From Mustelus asterias (lineage: Eukaryota), in assembly GCF_964213995.1 (NCBI RefSeq), contig NC_135823.1, forward strand, positions 3,224,001 through 3,288,000: DNA of 64,000 nucleotides, in the 5' to 3' direction. A model generated the notes under the pieces. That model searched no databases. It saw nothing but the letters and a program-made list of their open reading frames with translations, and was not told the DNA's origin. Both the position numbers and the translations under genes were made by a program. Below, one piece after another: positions 24,870-37,599 of the stretch. How positions within the stretch are numbered: the stretch's first letter is position 1; each line of letters begins with the position of its first letter.

Positions 24870-25555
24870 ACAGTAAATGACAGAACGTTTAAGGTATTGA
24901 TAGGCAGAGGGGTTTGGGCATAAAGGTACACAGGTCACTGGAAGTGGCAACAAAAATGGAGAAGGTAGTCAAGAAGGCACGGGGTGGCACGGTGGCACAC
25001 TGGTTTGCACTGCTGCCTCACAAAGCCAGGGGCCCGAGTTCATTTCCGGCCTCGGGTCCCTTTCTGTCTGGAGTTTGCTCATTCTGCCCGTGTTTCCTCT
25101 AGGTGCTCCAATTTCCTCCCACAGTCCAAAGATGTGTGGGTTAGGTTGATTGGCCATGCTAAATTGACTCTAGTGTCAGGGGGATTAGCAGGGTAAATGT
25201 GTGGGGTTACGGGAATAGGGCCTGGATGGGATTGTGGTCGGTGCAGACTCGATGGGCCGAATCTCCTCTTTCTGCACGGGAGGGATTCTATTCTATTCTA
25301 AGGCACGTGGTATGCGTGCCTTCATCGGTCGGGGCTCTGAGTTTAAAATTTGGCAAGTCATGTTACAGCTTTACAGAACCTTAGTTCCGCCACATTTGGC
25401 ATATAATATTCAATTCTGGTCGCCACACTACCAGAGAGGCTAGAGAAAAGATTTACCAGGATGTTGCCTTGTATGGAGGGCATTAGCTTAGAGGAGAGGT
25501 TGGAGAAACTTGGTTTGTTCTCACTGGAAAGACGGAGGTTGAATGGCGACCTGAT
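24870..25555 (+). mobile_element. CR1 fragment with an HE1-type SINE inserted (24982-25299) between 8-bp target-site duplications
   Basis: AAGGCACG at 24974-24981 and 25300-25307. Confidence 0.8.
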
Positions 25556-26099
25556 TTATTTCTGATTTATTTGTTTGAATATGAGACGTTCACACGTTAT
25601 AAAATGCAATTAGAGTTGGTTATTGGAAGATTCAAAATTCCAAAACTCTTTGCGCTTATTAAATTCATCCGAATCAGAAATATGAATTGTTGCTTTTAAA
25701 GCTGTGGATTCGCTGAAGAATATCGCCCTGAATCATTGAATAGTGTCTCACAGTGAGAAAATGATGAAATTGAAAGGATCGCAGCATTCTATGGCTGGTA
25801 CATACACGCAATTGTTGACGGGGTAATGGAATGTTCCCACCTTTCGTGTCCTTCCAAAACTATCCAGAGGATATATTCATCCGATTTTTGATGTAATCAG
25901 GTAAAATGCAATTGATGTAAAATACAGACACTCCTGCAGCAGTGAAGCTTCCAGCTGCAGCCGACATGAGAAAATGTTGTGTTATTAATCTTGATGTTGC
26001 AGTTCTCTTAGCCTCTGGTTATGTTCATGCCAAACATATACTAGGAGAGAGCAGGATGTGGGTGGGTGTGACAGCTTCTTAACAACCCTAGTGAAAATG

Positions 26100-26423
26100 T
26101 GACGTGGCACAGTGACATGGTGGTTAGCACTGCTGCCTCATGGAAGCAGTGACCTGGTTTCAGTTCTGGCTTCGACTGCTTATCTATTTGCACGTTCTCA
26201 GTGTCTGTGTAGTTTTCCTCTGGATGCTCCGGTTTCCTCCCATAGTCCAAAGATGTATGGGTTAGGTTGATTGGCAACGGTAAATTGTCCCTCAATGTCA
26301 GAATGATTAGTAGGGTAGCTACTTGTGGTTAAGGGGTAGGACCTGGGAGTTTGTTGTCGATGTCGGCTCAATGGGCCAAATGGCCCCATTCTGCACTGTT
26401 GGGTTCTATGATTCTAGGATTCT
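26100..26423 (+). mobile_element. HE1-type SINE (diverged)
   Basis: GTGGTTAGCACTGCTGCCTCA head and GCTCCGGTTTCCTCCCA core. Confidence 0.75.
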
Positions 26424-26509
26424 GACGAAAGAAAGTAACTTGAAGAAAGTCGGCAACCAATTTGCACACATCAGGATGCTATGGATAGCAACTTCAGGCT
26501 CTGTGCCTT

Positions 26510-29500
26510 AATGCATGAAGCATTTGCTGCAAAGTGGATGAACTAATTGCGCAGATAGAGGTAAATGGGTACGATAAAATTGGGAATATAGAGATGTGGC
26601 TGCAGGGTTACCAGGGATGGGAACTGAATTCCCCAGGGGATACAGTATTTAGATAGGGTAGGCATTAAGAAAACGGTGGTGGAGTGGCATAGCTGGTTAA
26701 AGAGTAAATTAACACACTACTGAGAATGGCTATTAGCTCTGACAATGTGGATTCTGTATGGGCAGAGTTGAGAATTAACAAGGGGCAGAATATATTTGTG
26801 TGTGTCGTATATAGGACCCCAAACTGCAGGGGTGATGTTGGGAATGGCATTAAACACGAAATTAGGGATGCATGTGATAAGTGAATATCGCTGATCATGG
26901 GTTATTTTAATCTGCACATAGTTTGGGGAAATCGAATTCGCAACAATGCCATGGAGGAGGAATTCCTGGAGTGCATACAGGATTTTTTCGTGAACAATAT
27001 GTGGAGGTACCAACTAGAGAACAGGCCATCTTAGACTGGGTACTCTGTAATGAGCAGGCAAACATTGCCAATATAGCTGTATGAGATCCCTTGGGGATGG
27101 GCGATCATAACATGATAGAATTTCTCATCAAGATGGAGGGTGAAGTAGTTGATTCGGAGACGAGATGCTGAATTTAAATAAAGGAAAATATGAAGATTTG
27201 AGGCAAGAGTTGGCTTTAATAAATTGGGGAGAGTTACTTAAAGGGATGACAGTGAATACGCAATGGCAAATATTTAAACAACGCGGGGTGGGGGGAGTTT
27301 CAGCACCTGTTTATTCCTGCCTGGCAGAAAAGCAAAATGGTAAGTGGATGACTTCATGGCTGACAAAGGTAATTATAGATGCATGGAAGAAGAATACAGG
27401 TTGGCCAAGAAAAATAGTAGGCCTGAGGAATACCAGCAGTGTGGCTTTCAACAGAGAAGGGGAAGGGATTGATCAAGAAGGGGAAAATACAGCACAAAAT
27501 AAAGTTGGCAGGGGCTGTGAAGACTGACACTAAGAGTTTCTATAGATATGTAAGGAGAAGGAGGTTGGTGAAGACAAATGTACGTCCGCCACAGACAGAA
27601 TGGGGGGATGTGTAATAAGGAACAAATAAATTGCTGAGTAATTGAATATATACTTTTATTTGTCTTCAGAGAAGAGGACATAAATCAGATACCAGTAATG
27701 TTGGAGAAGGCAAGTTTAAGTGAGGGGGAATAACTGAGGGATATCAACATTAATAGAGAAATGGTGCTGGGAAAATGATGGGATTGAAGGCGGATCAATC
27801 CCCAGGGGTTGATAATCTATATCTGAGAGTAGTTAAGGAAGTGGTCTTCGAAATAATTGATACATTGGCGGTCATCATTCATGATGTTGTAGACTCCAGA
27901 CCAGTCCCTGCAGATTGGAGTGCAGCGAATGTCACTGCAAGATTCAAACAGGGAGGTAGAGAGAAAACAAGGAATTATAAACCAGTAAGCCTAACATTGG
28001 TGGTGGAGAAAGTTCTCGAATTCATGAGCGAGCACTTTATAGCGGAGCATTTAGAAAGCACTGACAGGAGCAGATAAGTGTCAGCATGGATTTATAAAGG
28101 GGAAACCATGCTTGACAACTCTATTGGAATTCTTTGACGATGTAACTAGCAGAGGTAGCAAGGGGGAGCCAGTGTATTTCGTATATTTGAACTTTCAGAA
28201 AGTGTTTGACAAAGTCCCGCACAAGAGATTAGCATGCAAGATTACAGCGCATGGGATTCGAGGATGTGTAAATGAAATGGATAGAATATTGGTTGGCAGA
28301 GAGGAAACAAAGAGTAGGAATGAATGGGTCCTTTCCATATTGGCATGCAATATATAGTGCGGTGCCACAAGGATCGGTCCTGGGTCCCTAGCTATTCACA
28401 ATATATATTATTGATTTGGATGAAGGAACAAAATGTAACATCTCAAAGTTTGCAGATGACACCAAGTTGGGTGGGATGGTGAACTGCGACGAGGATTCAG
28501 AGATCTCTACAGGTTGGGTAAGTGGGCAAATCAATGGCAGATGCAGTATAATTTGGATAAATGTGAGGTTATTCACTTTGGAAGCAAAAACAAGAAGGCT
28601 GTAAATTGGGAGAGGGGAGTGTGCAGCAGAACCTGGTGCCTTTGTGTTCCAGTCGATGAAGGTAAGCATTCAGGTACAGCAGACGGTAAAGAAGGCAAAT
28701 TGTCAGGCCTTCATTGCAAGAGGTTTCGAGTACAGGAGCAGTGATGAGTTGTTGCAATTGTACAGGGTCTTGCTGAGGCCCCACCTCGAATATTGTGTGC
28801 AGCTTTGGTCTCCTTCTGTCAGGAAGGATGTTCTTGCTCTCGTGGGAGTGCACCGAAGGTTTACCAGGCTGATTCCGGGGATGGTGGGACTAATGTATGA
28901 GGAGAGATTTACTGGATTAGGATTGTTTTCGCTGGATTCAAGCGATTTAGGGGGCAACCTCATGGAAAATTACAAAATTGTAACAGGACTAGACAGGGAA
29001 GGTGCAAGGAGGATAGACACATAGAAACATAGAAAAACCTCGGCACAAAATAGGCCCTTCGGCCCCATAAGTTGTGCCGAACATATCCCGACCTCTTAGG
29101 CCTACCTATAACCCTCCATCATAGTAAGTCCCATGTACTTATCCAGGAGTCTCTTAAAAGACCCTATTGAGTTTGCCTCCACCATCACTGACGGCAGCCG
29201 ATTCCACTCGCCCACCACCCTTTGTGTGAAAAACTTCCGCCGAACATTTCCCTTGTACCTACCCCCCAGCACCTTAAACCTGTGTCCTCTTGTAGCAGCC
29301 ATTTCCACGCTGGGAAAAAGCCTCTGAGAGTCCACCCGATCTATGCCTCTCAACATCTTATATACCTCTATTAGGTCTCCTCTCATCCTACGTCTCTCCA
29401 AGAAGGAAAGACCGAGCTCCCTCAGCCTATTCGCATAAGGCATGCCACTCAATCCAGGCAAAATCCTTATAAATCTCATCTGCACCCTTTCAATCTTTTC

Positions 29501-30597
29501 CATATCCTTCCTGTAATGAGGCGACCACAACTGAGCACCATACTCCAAGTGGGGTCTGACGAGGGTCTTATATAGCTGCATCATTATCCCCAGACTCCTC
29601 AACTCAATCCCTCGATTGATAAAAGCCAGCACACCATACACCTTCTGAGCCACCTCCTCCACCTGTGGGGCCGATTGTAGAGTCCTATGGATCCGGACCC
29701 CAAGGTCTTTCTGATCCTCTGCTGTACCAAGAGTCTTTCCCTTTATAGTATACTCCTTCATCCCATTTGACCTGCAAAAACGGACCACTACGCATTTATC
29801 TGGGTTGAAGTCCATCTGCCACTTCTCCGCCCAGTCTTGCATCTATCTATGTCCCTCTGTAACTTCTGACATCCCTCCAGACTATTCACAACCCCACCAA
29901 CCTTCGTGTCTTCGGCAAACTCTACCAACCCATCCCTCCACTTCCTCATCCATTTATGAAAATGACAAACAGCAAGGGTCCCAGAACAGATCCCTGGGGC
30001 ACACCACTGGTGACTGACCTCCATTTAGAAAAAGACCTATCTATACCCACTCATTGCCTCCTTTGGGCAAGCCAGTTCTGGATCCACAGGGTTAGCAGCC
30101 CTTTGGATCACATGCCCTCTCACTTATTCTAGAAGCCTTGCATGGGGGACCTTATCGAACGCCTTGCTAAAATCCATATAAACCACATCTACCGCTTTCC
30201 CTTCGTCAATGTGTTGAGTCACATTTTCGAGGAACTCCACCAGGCTCGTGAGGCAAGATCTGCCTTTGACAATGGTTCCTGATGGTGGGGGATTCCAGAA
30301 CTGGGGGCCTGTCTGAGGATTCGGACAGTTCATTAAGAACAAAGGTGAGGAAACATTTCTTCACCCAAAGAGTGCTGAGCCTGTGGAATTCATTGCCACA
30401 GGAAGCAGTTGATGCCAAAACGTTGAACGCATTCAAGAGGTGGCTTGATATAGCACTTTCGGTGAATCGGATCATATGTTATGGGGAGAAAGCAGGATTA
30501 TGCTACTGAGTTGGATGATAAGCCGTGATCGTGATGGATGTCGAAGCAGGCTGGAAGGGCGAAAGAGCCTCCTCCTGCTCCTATATTCTATGTTTCT
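26510..30597 (+). mobile_element. Long degraded CR1 ORF2 (APE endonuclease plus RT), split by a young minus-strand CR1 at ~29020-30271
   Basis: Endonuclease-like start (KVDELIAQIEVNGYD...GGGVA, VVYRTP), then SPGVDNLYLRVVKE, FQKVFDKVPH, KFADDTK. Resumes at 30272 with HFFTQRVLSLWNSLP. Confidence 0.8.
29020..30271 (-). mobile_element. Young CR1 subfamily 1, 5'-truncated
   Basis: ORFs 29102..29842 and 30124..30342 (YMDFSKAFDKVPH). Confidence 0.88.
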
Positions 30598-32116
30598 AAT
30601 TAGGAACTGGCACATTTCTTTTCGGATCATTACGAGGCACGAGCAGCTCATGGTGAACTGTGTGGATTCTCCTCGGCATCTGAGAAGACAGTTCAAAATT
30701 CCATTCAAGAGATGACGCTTCTCACCTGCGTTAAGCCATTAGTCACGATGAGAACACCACCCTGGACTATGTTATCAATCGACAAGATACACTGGGTCTT
30801 GGAAATTACGGAGACAGAGTCTTAGATGGTGCAAGTTGCCTCAAATTCCACAAGAGAGGAGAAAAAGAGTCTGGCAATTGACAATCAGCTTGTTGGGTGT
30901 TGCAGAGATTCCGACATATAAACAGTGAGTATATTTTAAAACTGTCTCGAAACCTTTTTGGAACATCCTGAGATCTGAACTGGAGCTGAAACCCACATTT
31001 ATTCTCACAAGGAATTACGTATGACATTAGGATGTTCAATATTTTGAATCATACTGAAATCAAACTATTCCCAATATTCTGGGCAAGATCCCCACCACCG
31101 CCCACCAGCTTTAATATTGGAAATATAACTGATGTCAGCATAATTTCTGAAGAAGTAAGTCGATTTAATAATTCATTCTTCAATCAATTCCATTGAATTT
31201 TAGTCAAATATTAATTGATTTTCCAGCCTCCATCATTCTTGAGAGATTTCTTGACGGGATTGGCAATAATTCTAAGGTTCTTCCACTTGTAACTTTCAAC
31301 CGCCTCCCTCACCAGAGTAAGTAGTTGAACTCTTCAGATCCTGTTGACTTTAATTATCCTAAACATAATTGATTATGACTATTTGGATCTTTGTTGAGTG
31401 TATCAGGTGTGTTACATGCAAAGTATTATTTTATTCTCCGATTGCAGTGGATCCGTTTGAAATGCTTTTAGAATTATTTTGACTATTCATTCTCTCCCGT
31501 CTTCTTATTGGTGATGTTTTTACTGCAGCAAATGCATCCCTGGGTAAAGAGTCAGCTGGTGCACCCGGCCCGAAAACAGAAAATATGAATAATCAGTGAA
31601 AGATGTCGCCAATTCAATAGGTTTTATACCAGTTTATTCGTTCTCCAAAAGCCACAAATCAGGTTTTCAGTTTACAGTCAAGAGGAGATGAATACTAATC
31701 ATTAAAAGTTAATAAAATAACCCAATACGAGTTGCTTGCGAATCAAAACATACTTTCATAGAACTGGGCTGTTTGACTGGTGGTGAGGATCAACCAATCG
31801 AAGTAAACCGTTCTTTTGCATCACCTGTCAGAACTAGTATTCCTACTTATCAAGGGAGCTGTTCCGAATTAGTCAGTCAGTTCCTTCCTTCAAAAGTGTG
31901 GAAACCAGCTTTATGGTTCCCCAGAAGTATGACAACAATTCGTTCTGCATGGGTCTCAATTGAAAAACATCATTTGGGCAAAGGTGGTCAACTGCTCTTC
32001 CTAGTGTGTGCATGCTCACACACACAAACACACACACACTAACGCACACAAACACACCCCACGCATACACATATAAAACACTTGTACTCGTGCACATGTG
32101 ACCTCACTTGTACTCG

Positions 32117-32652
32117 TGCACTGCGCCCAGTTCTGGTCGCCACACTACCGGAAGGACGTGGAGGCTTTGGTGAGAGTACAGAGGAGGTTTACCAGGAAGT
32201 TGCCTGGTATCGAAGGGCTTAGTTATCAGGAGAGATTGGGTAAACTGGGGTTGTTCTCACTGGAAAGACGGAGGATGAGGGGTTACCTAATAGAGGTGTA
32301 TAAAATTATGAAAGGCATAGATAAGGTGAACGGTGGGAAGCTTTTTCCCAGATCGGTGGTGACGTTCACGAGGGGTCATAGGTTCAAGGTGAAGGGGGGG
32401 GGGGGCGGTTTAACACGGATATCAGAAGGACGTATTTTACACAGAGGGTGGTGGGGGCCTGGAATGCGCTGCCGGGCAAGGTGGTGGAGGCGGACACACT
32501 GGGAACGTTTAAGACTTATCAAGATAGCCACATGAACGGAGTGGGAATGGAGGGATGCAAAAGAATGGTCTAGTTTGGACCAGGGAGCGGCGTGGGCTTG
32601 GAGGGCCGAAGGGCCTGTTCCTGTGCTGTATTGTTCTTTGTTCTTTGTTCTT
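32117..32652 (+). mobile_element. Young CR1 subfamily 2, 3' end
   Basis: GGKLFPRSVVTFTRGH, internal poly-G and a (TTCTTTG)n tail. Matches copies at 19900 and 35715. Confidence 0.85.
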
Positions 32653-32719
32653 GACACATTAACGTTTACAATGGCTGCAGATACATGGGGAAATCACCAC
32701 TGAAATGTTTCAAAAGTTC

Positions 32720-34905
32720 ATAAGATCTCAGAGCAGAATTAGGCCATTCAGCCCATTTAGTCCTCTCCGCCATTCGATCATGTCTGCTATGACCCTCATC
32801 CCCATGGTTGTATAACCTTGCAACCAATTGCCAATTAAAACTCTGTCTAACTCCTCCTTAACGTTACTTAGTTTCCAAGCATCCGCCTCACTTTTTGGAG
32901 CGATTTCCACAGATTCACAACTCTTTGCGAGAAGTAGTTTCTCCTCAACCCTGTTTTAAATTTCCTATCCCTTATCCAAAGGCTCTGACCTCTATTCCGA
33001 CATTGCCCCACCAGTGGAAGCATCCGCTCCACGTCTACTTCATCCATACCTTTTATCATCTTGAATACCTCCATTTGATCTCCCCTTATGCTTCTCAATT
33101 CCATAGAGTATAGGCCTAAACTCTCCAATCTCTCTTTGTACGAAAAACACGTCATCTCGGGAATGAATCTAGGGAACCTCCTCTGAACTACCTCGAAGGC
33201 TATTACATCTTTCCTCAAATACAGGGACCACAACTGTGCACAATACTGCCGATGTGGCCTCATCAATGCCTTGTATTATGGCAATAATACTTCCTCACAT
33301 TTACATTCTATTCCTTTATCTATAAATGCCAATATTCCATTTACTTTCTTTATTTTTTGCTGTACCTGCATACTAGTTTTCTGTGACTCATGAACGAGGA
33401 CAACCAGATCCCTCTGCACCAGAGCACCCCGAAGTCTCTTCCCATCTTTGCGACCAAAATGTATCACCTCACACTTAACCACGATAAGCTCCATCTGCCA
33501 CATTTTGGCCCACTCTCCAAACTTATCTATATCCATTTGCACAGGTCTTGCTTCCTCATTGCAACTCACTGTTTTTGTGTCATCTGCAAATTGGGCAATC
33601 GAGCTTTATATCCCTGTATCCAAGTCATTAATGCAGATTGTAAATAGCTGGGGCCCAAGGATCAGCCCTGTGGCACCCCACTAGTTACTTCTTGCCATCC
33701 AGAGAAAAAAACATTTCTCCCGACTGCCCATCAGCCAGTCACCTAACCAAGCCAATAAATTACCCCTAATCCCATTTGAACTAACCTTGTGAATTAACCT
33801 TTTGTGTGACACCTGATCAAACGCCTTCCAGAAATCCAGATACAATACATCTACAGAATCTCCATTATCCAATTTGCCTGTTGCATCCTCAAAGAACTCT
33901 AGCAAATTAGGCAAACGTGATTTGCCTTTCATAAAACCACACTGAGTCTGATGGATAGTGTTTTGACTTTCTAAATGTCCTGATATTTCATCCTTGATAA
34001 TTGATTCTAAGACTTGACCAACAACAGATGTTAAACTATCTGGTCTGTAATTTGCCACATTTTGCCTCCCTCCATATTTAAATCAGGGCTTTCAGTACCA
34101 TTTTTCCAATCCATTGGAGCCTTTCCTGTGTCCAGGGGATTTTGGAATATTATAAACAATGGATCCACTATCTCCGCCGCCACTTATTTTAATACACTAG
34201 TATGGAGGCCATAAGACCCGGGCGTCTTATCTGCCCTCATTCCCAATAGTTTGCTGAGTACCTATTTCCTGTCGATGTTGACTGTTCTAAGTTCTACCCT
34301 TTCTATCATGTCTGACTTGCCTGTTCCTGTAGGATTGGTACTAGTGTCCTCCATTGTAAAAATTGAGGCAAAGAATTGTTTTAGCATCTCTGCCATTTAA
34401 GGGTTCCCCACTATTCGCTCTCCGGCTTCATCTTCCAAGGGACCAACGATCACCCGAGCGACTCTCTTCGCTTTTATATATCTACAGAAACTTTTGCCAT
34501 CCTTCATGATATTTTGAGATTGATTTCTTTTCTAATTTTTCTTCGATCTTTTTATTACTTTTTGTTTATGTTTTTATTACTATTTGTTTATGTTTGAAAA
34601 TTTCCCAAATTTCCAGCCTGCAACTGGCCTGTGCAGATATGGTATATGTTAGTTTTTGTCTTCATATTGTCCTCGACATCCTTGGTTAGCCACGGATTTT
34701 GTTTTACTCCCCTCACCATCATTCCTCCTCACTGGGATATATTGTAGTTGTGAGGGCTTGAGAATATCCTTAAGCAACTGCCACTGTTCATCCGCTGACC
34801 AACCTTTTAGCCTTCCTTCCCACTGTACTTGGGCCAAATCTGTCCTCATGGCTATGTAATATCCTTTGTTTAATTCCAGAACGCTCGTGTGGAACTCCAA
34901 GTCAC
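32720..34905 (-). mobile_element. Degraded CR1 ORF2
   Basis: ORFs 32868..33266, 33276..33569, 33681..34058 (NYRPDSLTSVVG, YLDFWKAFDQVSH) and 34649..34909. Confidence 0.82.
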
Positions 34906-35714
34906 ACAAGATCCTACTTGAAACTATATCAGTTTACTCAGTATCAGCGAGTAAACATCCAGGCAGTCTCCTTCTAAGAACACTTTGTGTTTACTTACAC
35001 AGCAGACACTGCAGCAACACATGAAGGAAGCTCATTACCACCTAAATCACAGGCTAGGCTTTTATCCACTGTAGTTTAGAAGATTCAAGAGGCGGCTTGA
35101 TACAAATATGTTGGATCCTGGAAAGTCTTGAATAGCTGGATGTGGAGAGGATGTTTCATCTTCATGGAGGATCTGGGGTTACAGTTTAAACAGAAACACA
35201 AACAGGATACAATTCAAACAGAGTGAGGCAATTTGTTTTCTCCCTGACACGGTCCTGATTCGTGGGAACTCTCAACCCAACAAGTAGACAGAGGTAGATA
35301 GATTCTGTGTTACCAAAGGGGTCAATTTTTATTCGAGGCGGGCCCCGTGCAGATTTGAGATTACAATGAGATCAGTGTGATCTTCTTGAGTGGAGGAACA
35401 GGCTATGTAATATGAATGGCCTCGTCGTGCTCCTGATTCCACTGTTCGTGTGAATTTTCCCAGGGGCAATTATTGATGTGTAATTTATGCTGTCAGCATG
35501 CGTGATACACGCACACCCTAAATTAATAAAACACACATGCAAACGCAGAGACATTACATAAGTACACGCACGGATAGCCATGCAAACTTGTGGGCACGGA
35601 CATATGAACAGGCATTACAGTTCTGCAAAAAACATAAATAGATTAAGTGAGTGCATGTATCTGGCAAATGGAACAGAATGTGGGAAAATGTGAAATTGCC
35701 CGTTGTGGAAATTT

Positions 35715-36525
35715 GGGCAAAGAAATGGCAGATGAATGCGAAGTGATGCATTTTGGTAGAACTAACGTAGGGGGGAGCTATACGATAAATGGCACAACCA
35801 TAAAGGGTGTAGATACGCAGAAGGACCTGGGTGTGCAAGTCCATAGATCCTTCAAGGTGACGGCACAGGTGGAGAAGGTAGTGAAGAGGGCACATGGCAA
35901 GCTTGCGTTTATAGGACGGGGCATAGAGTATAAAAGTTGGGGTCTGATGTTGCGGTTGTATAGAACACTGGTTCGGCCGCATTTGGAATACTGCGCCCAG
36001 TTCTGGTCACCACACTGCCAGAAGGACGTGGAGGCTTTGGAGGGAGTGCAGAGGAGGTTTACCAGGATGCTGCCTGGTATGGAAGGGCTTAGTTATGAGG
36101 AGAGATTTGGTAAACTGGGGTTGTTCTCACTGGAAAGACGGAGGATGAGCGGTGACCTAATAGAGGTGTATAAAATTATGAGAGGCATAGATAGGGTGAA
36201 CGGTGGGAAGCTTTTTCCCAGGTCGGTGGTGACGTTCACGAGGGGCCATAGGTTCAAGGTGAGGGGTGGGGGGGGGGGGAGGTTTAACACAGATATCAGA
36301 AGGACGTATTTTACACAGAGGGTGGTGGGGGCCTGGAATGCCCTGCCGGGCAAGGTGGTGGAGGCGGACACACTGGGAACGTTTAAGACTTATCTACATA
36401 GCCACATGAACGGAGTGGGAATGGAGGGATACAAAAGAATGGTCTAGTTTGGACCAGGGAGCGGCGCGGGCTCGGAGGTCCGAAGGGCCTGTTCCTGTGC
36501 TGTACTGTTCTTTTTTCTTTGTCTT
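35715..36525 (+). mobile_element. Young CR1 subfamily 2, 3' portion
   Basis: Most of ORF 35647..36447. Confidence 0.85.
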
Positions 36526-37599
36526 TGTGGTCGGATGCACTGATAAAAAGCACATAACCTAAATCCTCTACGACACAGCACTCGATGACTTCCTATAATA
36601 GAAAGCAAACTCCTTGAATTATACTTTGGTTCAGTGTTCAAGATATGACTCTTTAAAGCATAGCTTGTCCTTTCATTATTAGATTCAATTGTGCTTCCAG
36701 TCAGAGTGATAATGGACATTAAGCGAACAACTACCGAACAAAGACAGGATGCTAATCTGCTCTATTCCTGGCAGGAGATATTTCGTACAATTACCACACA
36801 GAAAAAAAAATCAAGCAAGTGTTGCTGGCTTTAAATCTCACAGTGAGCGTTGAACATTTTTTGCAACCTCCTTAATACGGTTGAAAGTTACTTTTAGAAA
36901 TTTGCGAGGAATGGTTCTGGATTTTCAACTTAAAGAAAGGAGCTAGTAGGATAAATATGTGGGGCTCTGGGGATAGGGACTGGGACCGATTGTGGTCGAT
37001 GCAGGCTCGATAGGTCAAAAAGCCTCCTTCTGCACTTTCTGCACTTATGAAAACATGGGGACTGAGCTGGCGAAAGTGCGTGGGCAAATTGGGCAAGGGA
37101 TCGCTCAATTGTGATGCAATGCAAAGCTTTTTTTTATTCTTTCAAAGGACATGAGTGTCGCTGGTTGGTCAGCATTTATCACCTTAGTTGGCGAAAGACA
37201 ATTGAGAGTCAAACACACTGCTGTGGTTCTGGCGTCTCAGGAAGGCTGGAACAAGGAAGGACAGCATATTTCCTTCCCTAAAGGGCATTAGTGAGCCAGA
37301 TGGGTATTAAACATTGAAGTGGATCGCTTAAAATACAGTGAAAATACTTACTAAGAAGCCTTCCAAGGGACTGAACAACAGTTCATTATCAACTGGAACG
37401 GTTAAGTGTAGTATCAAACTTCAGAAAAAGAAATATAACTGCAAAGACAGATGCCGGGGTTGGTGGTGGCGTTGGTGATGGTGGGGGGTGGGCGTGGCGG
37501 GTCGGAGGGTGGGGAGCGGGTAGGTGGATGACGGAGGGGGGGGGGGGGTATGAGATGGTGGCTGGAATATTGGACAGAATATGAGTAACATCATGGGAT

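Noticed and set aside
31773-32042. ORF ending LGKGGQLLFLV, superficially J-like
   Set aside because: No WYxQ or DxxxYYC, no splice donor at the expected position, and it runs into a CA microsatellite.
37455-37550. G-rich tract with G-quadruplex potential
   Set aside because: Low-complexity sequence between repeats with no functional context.
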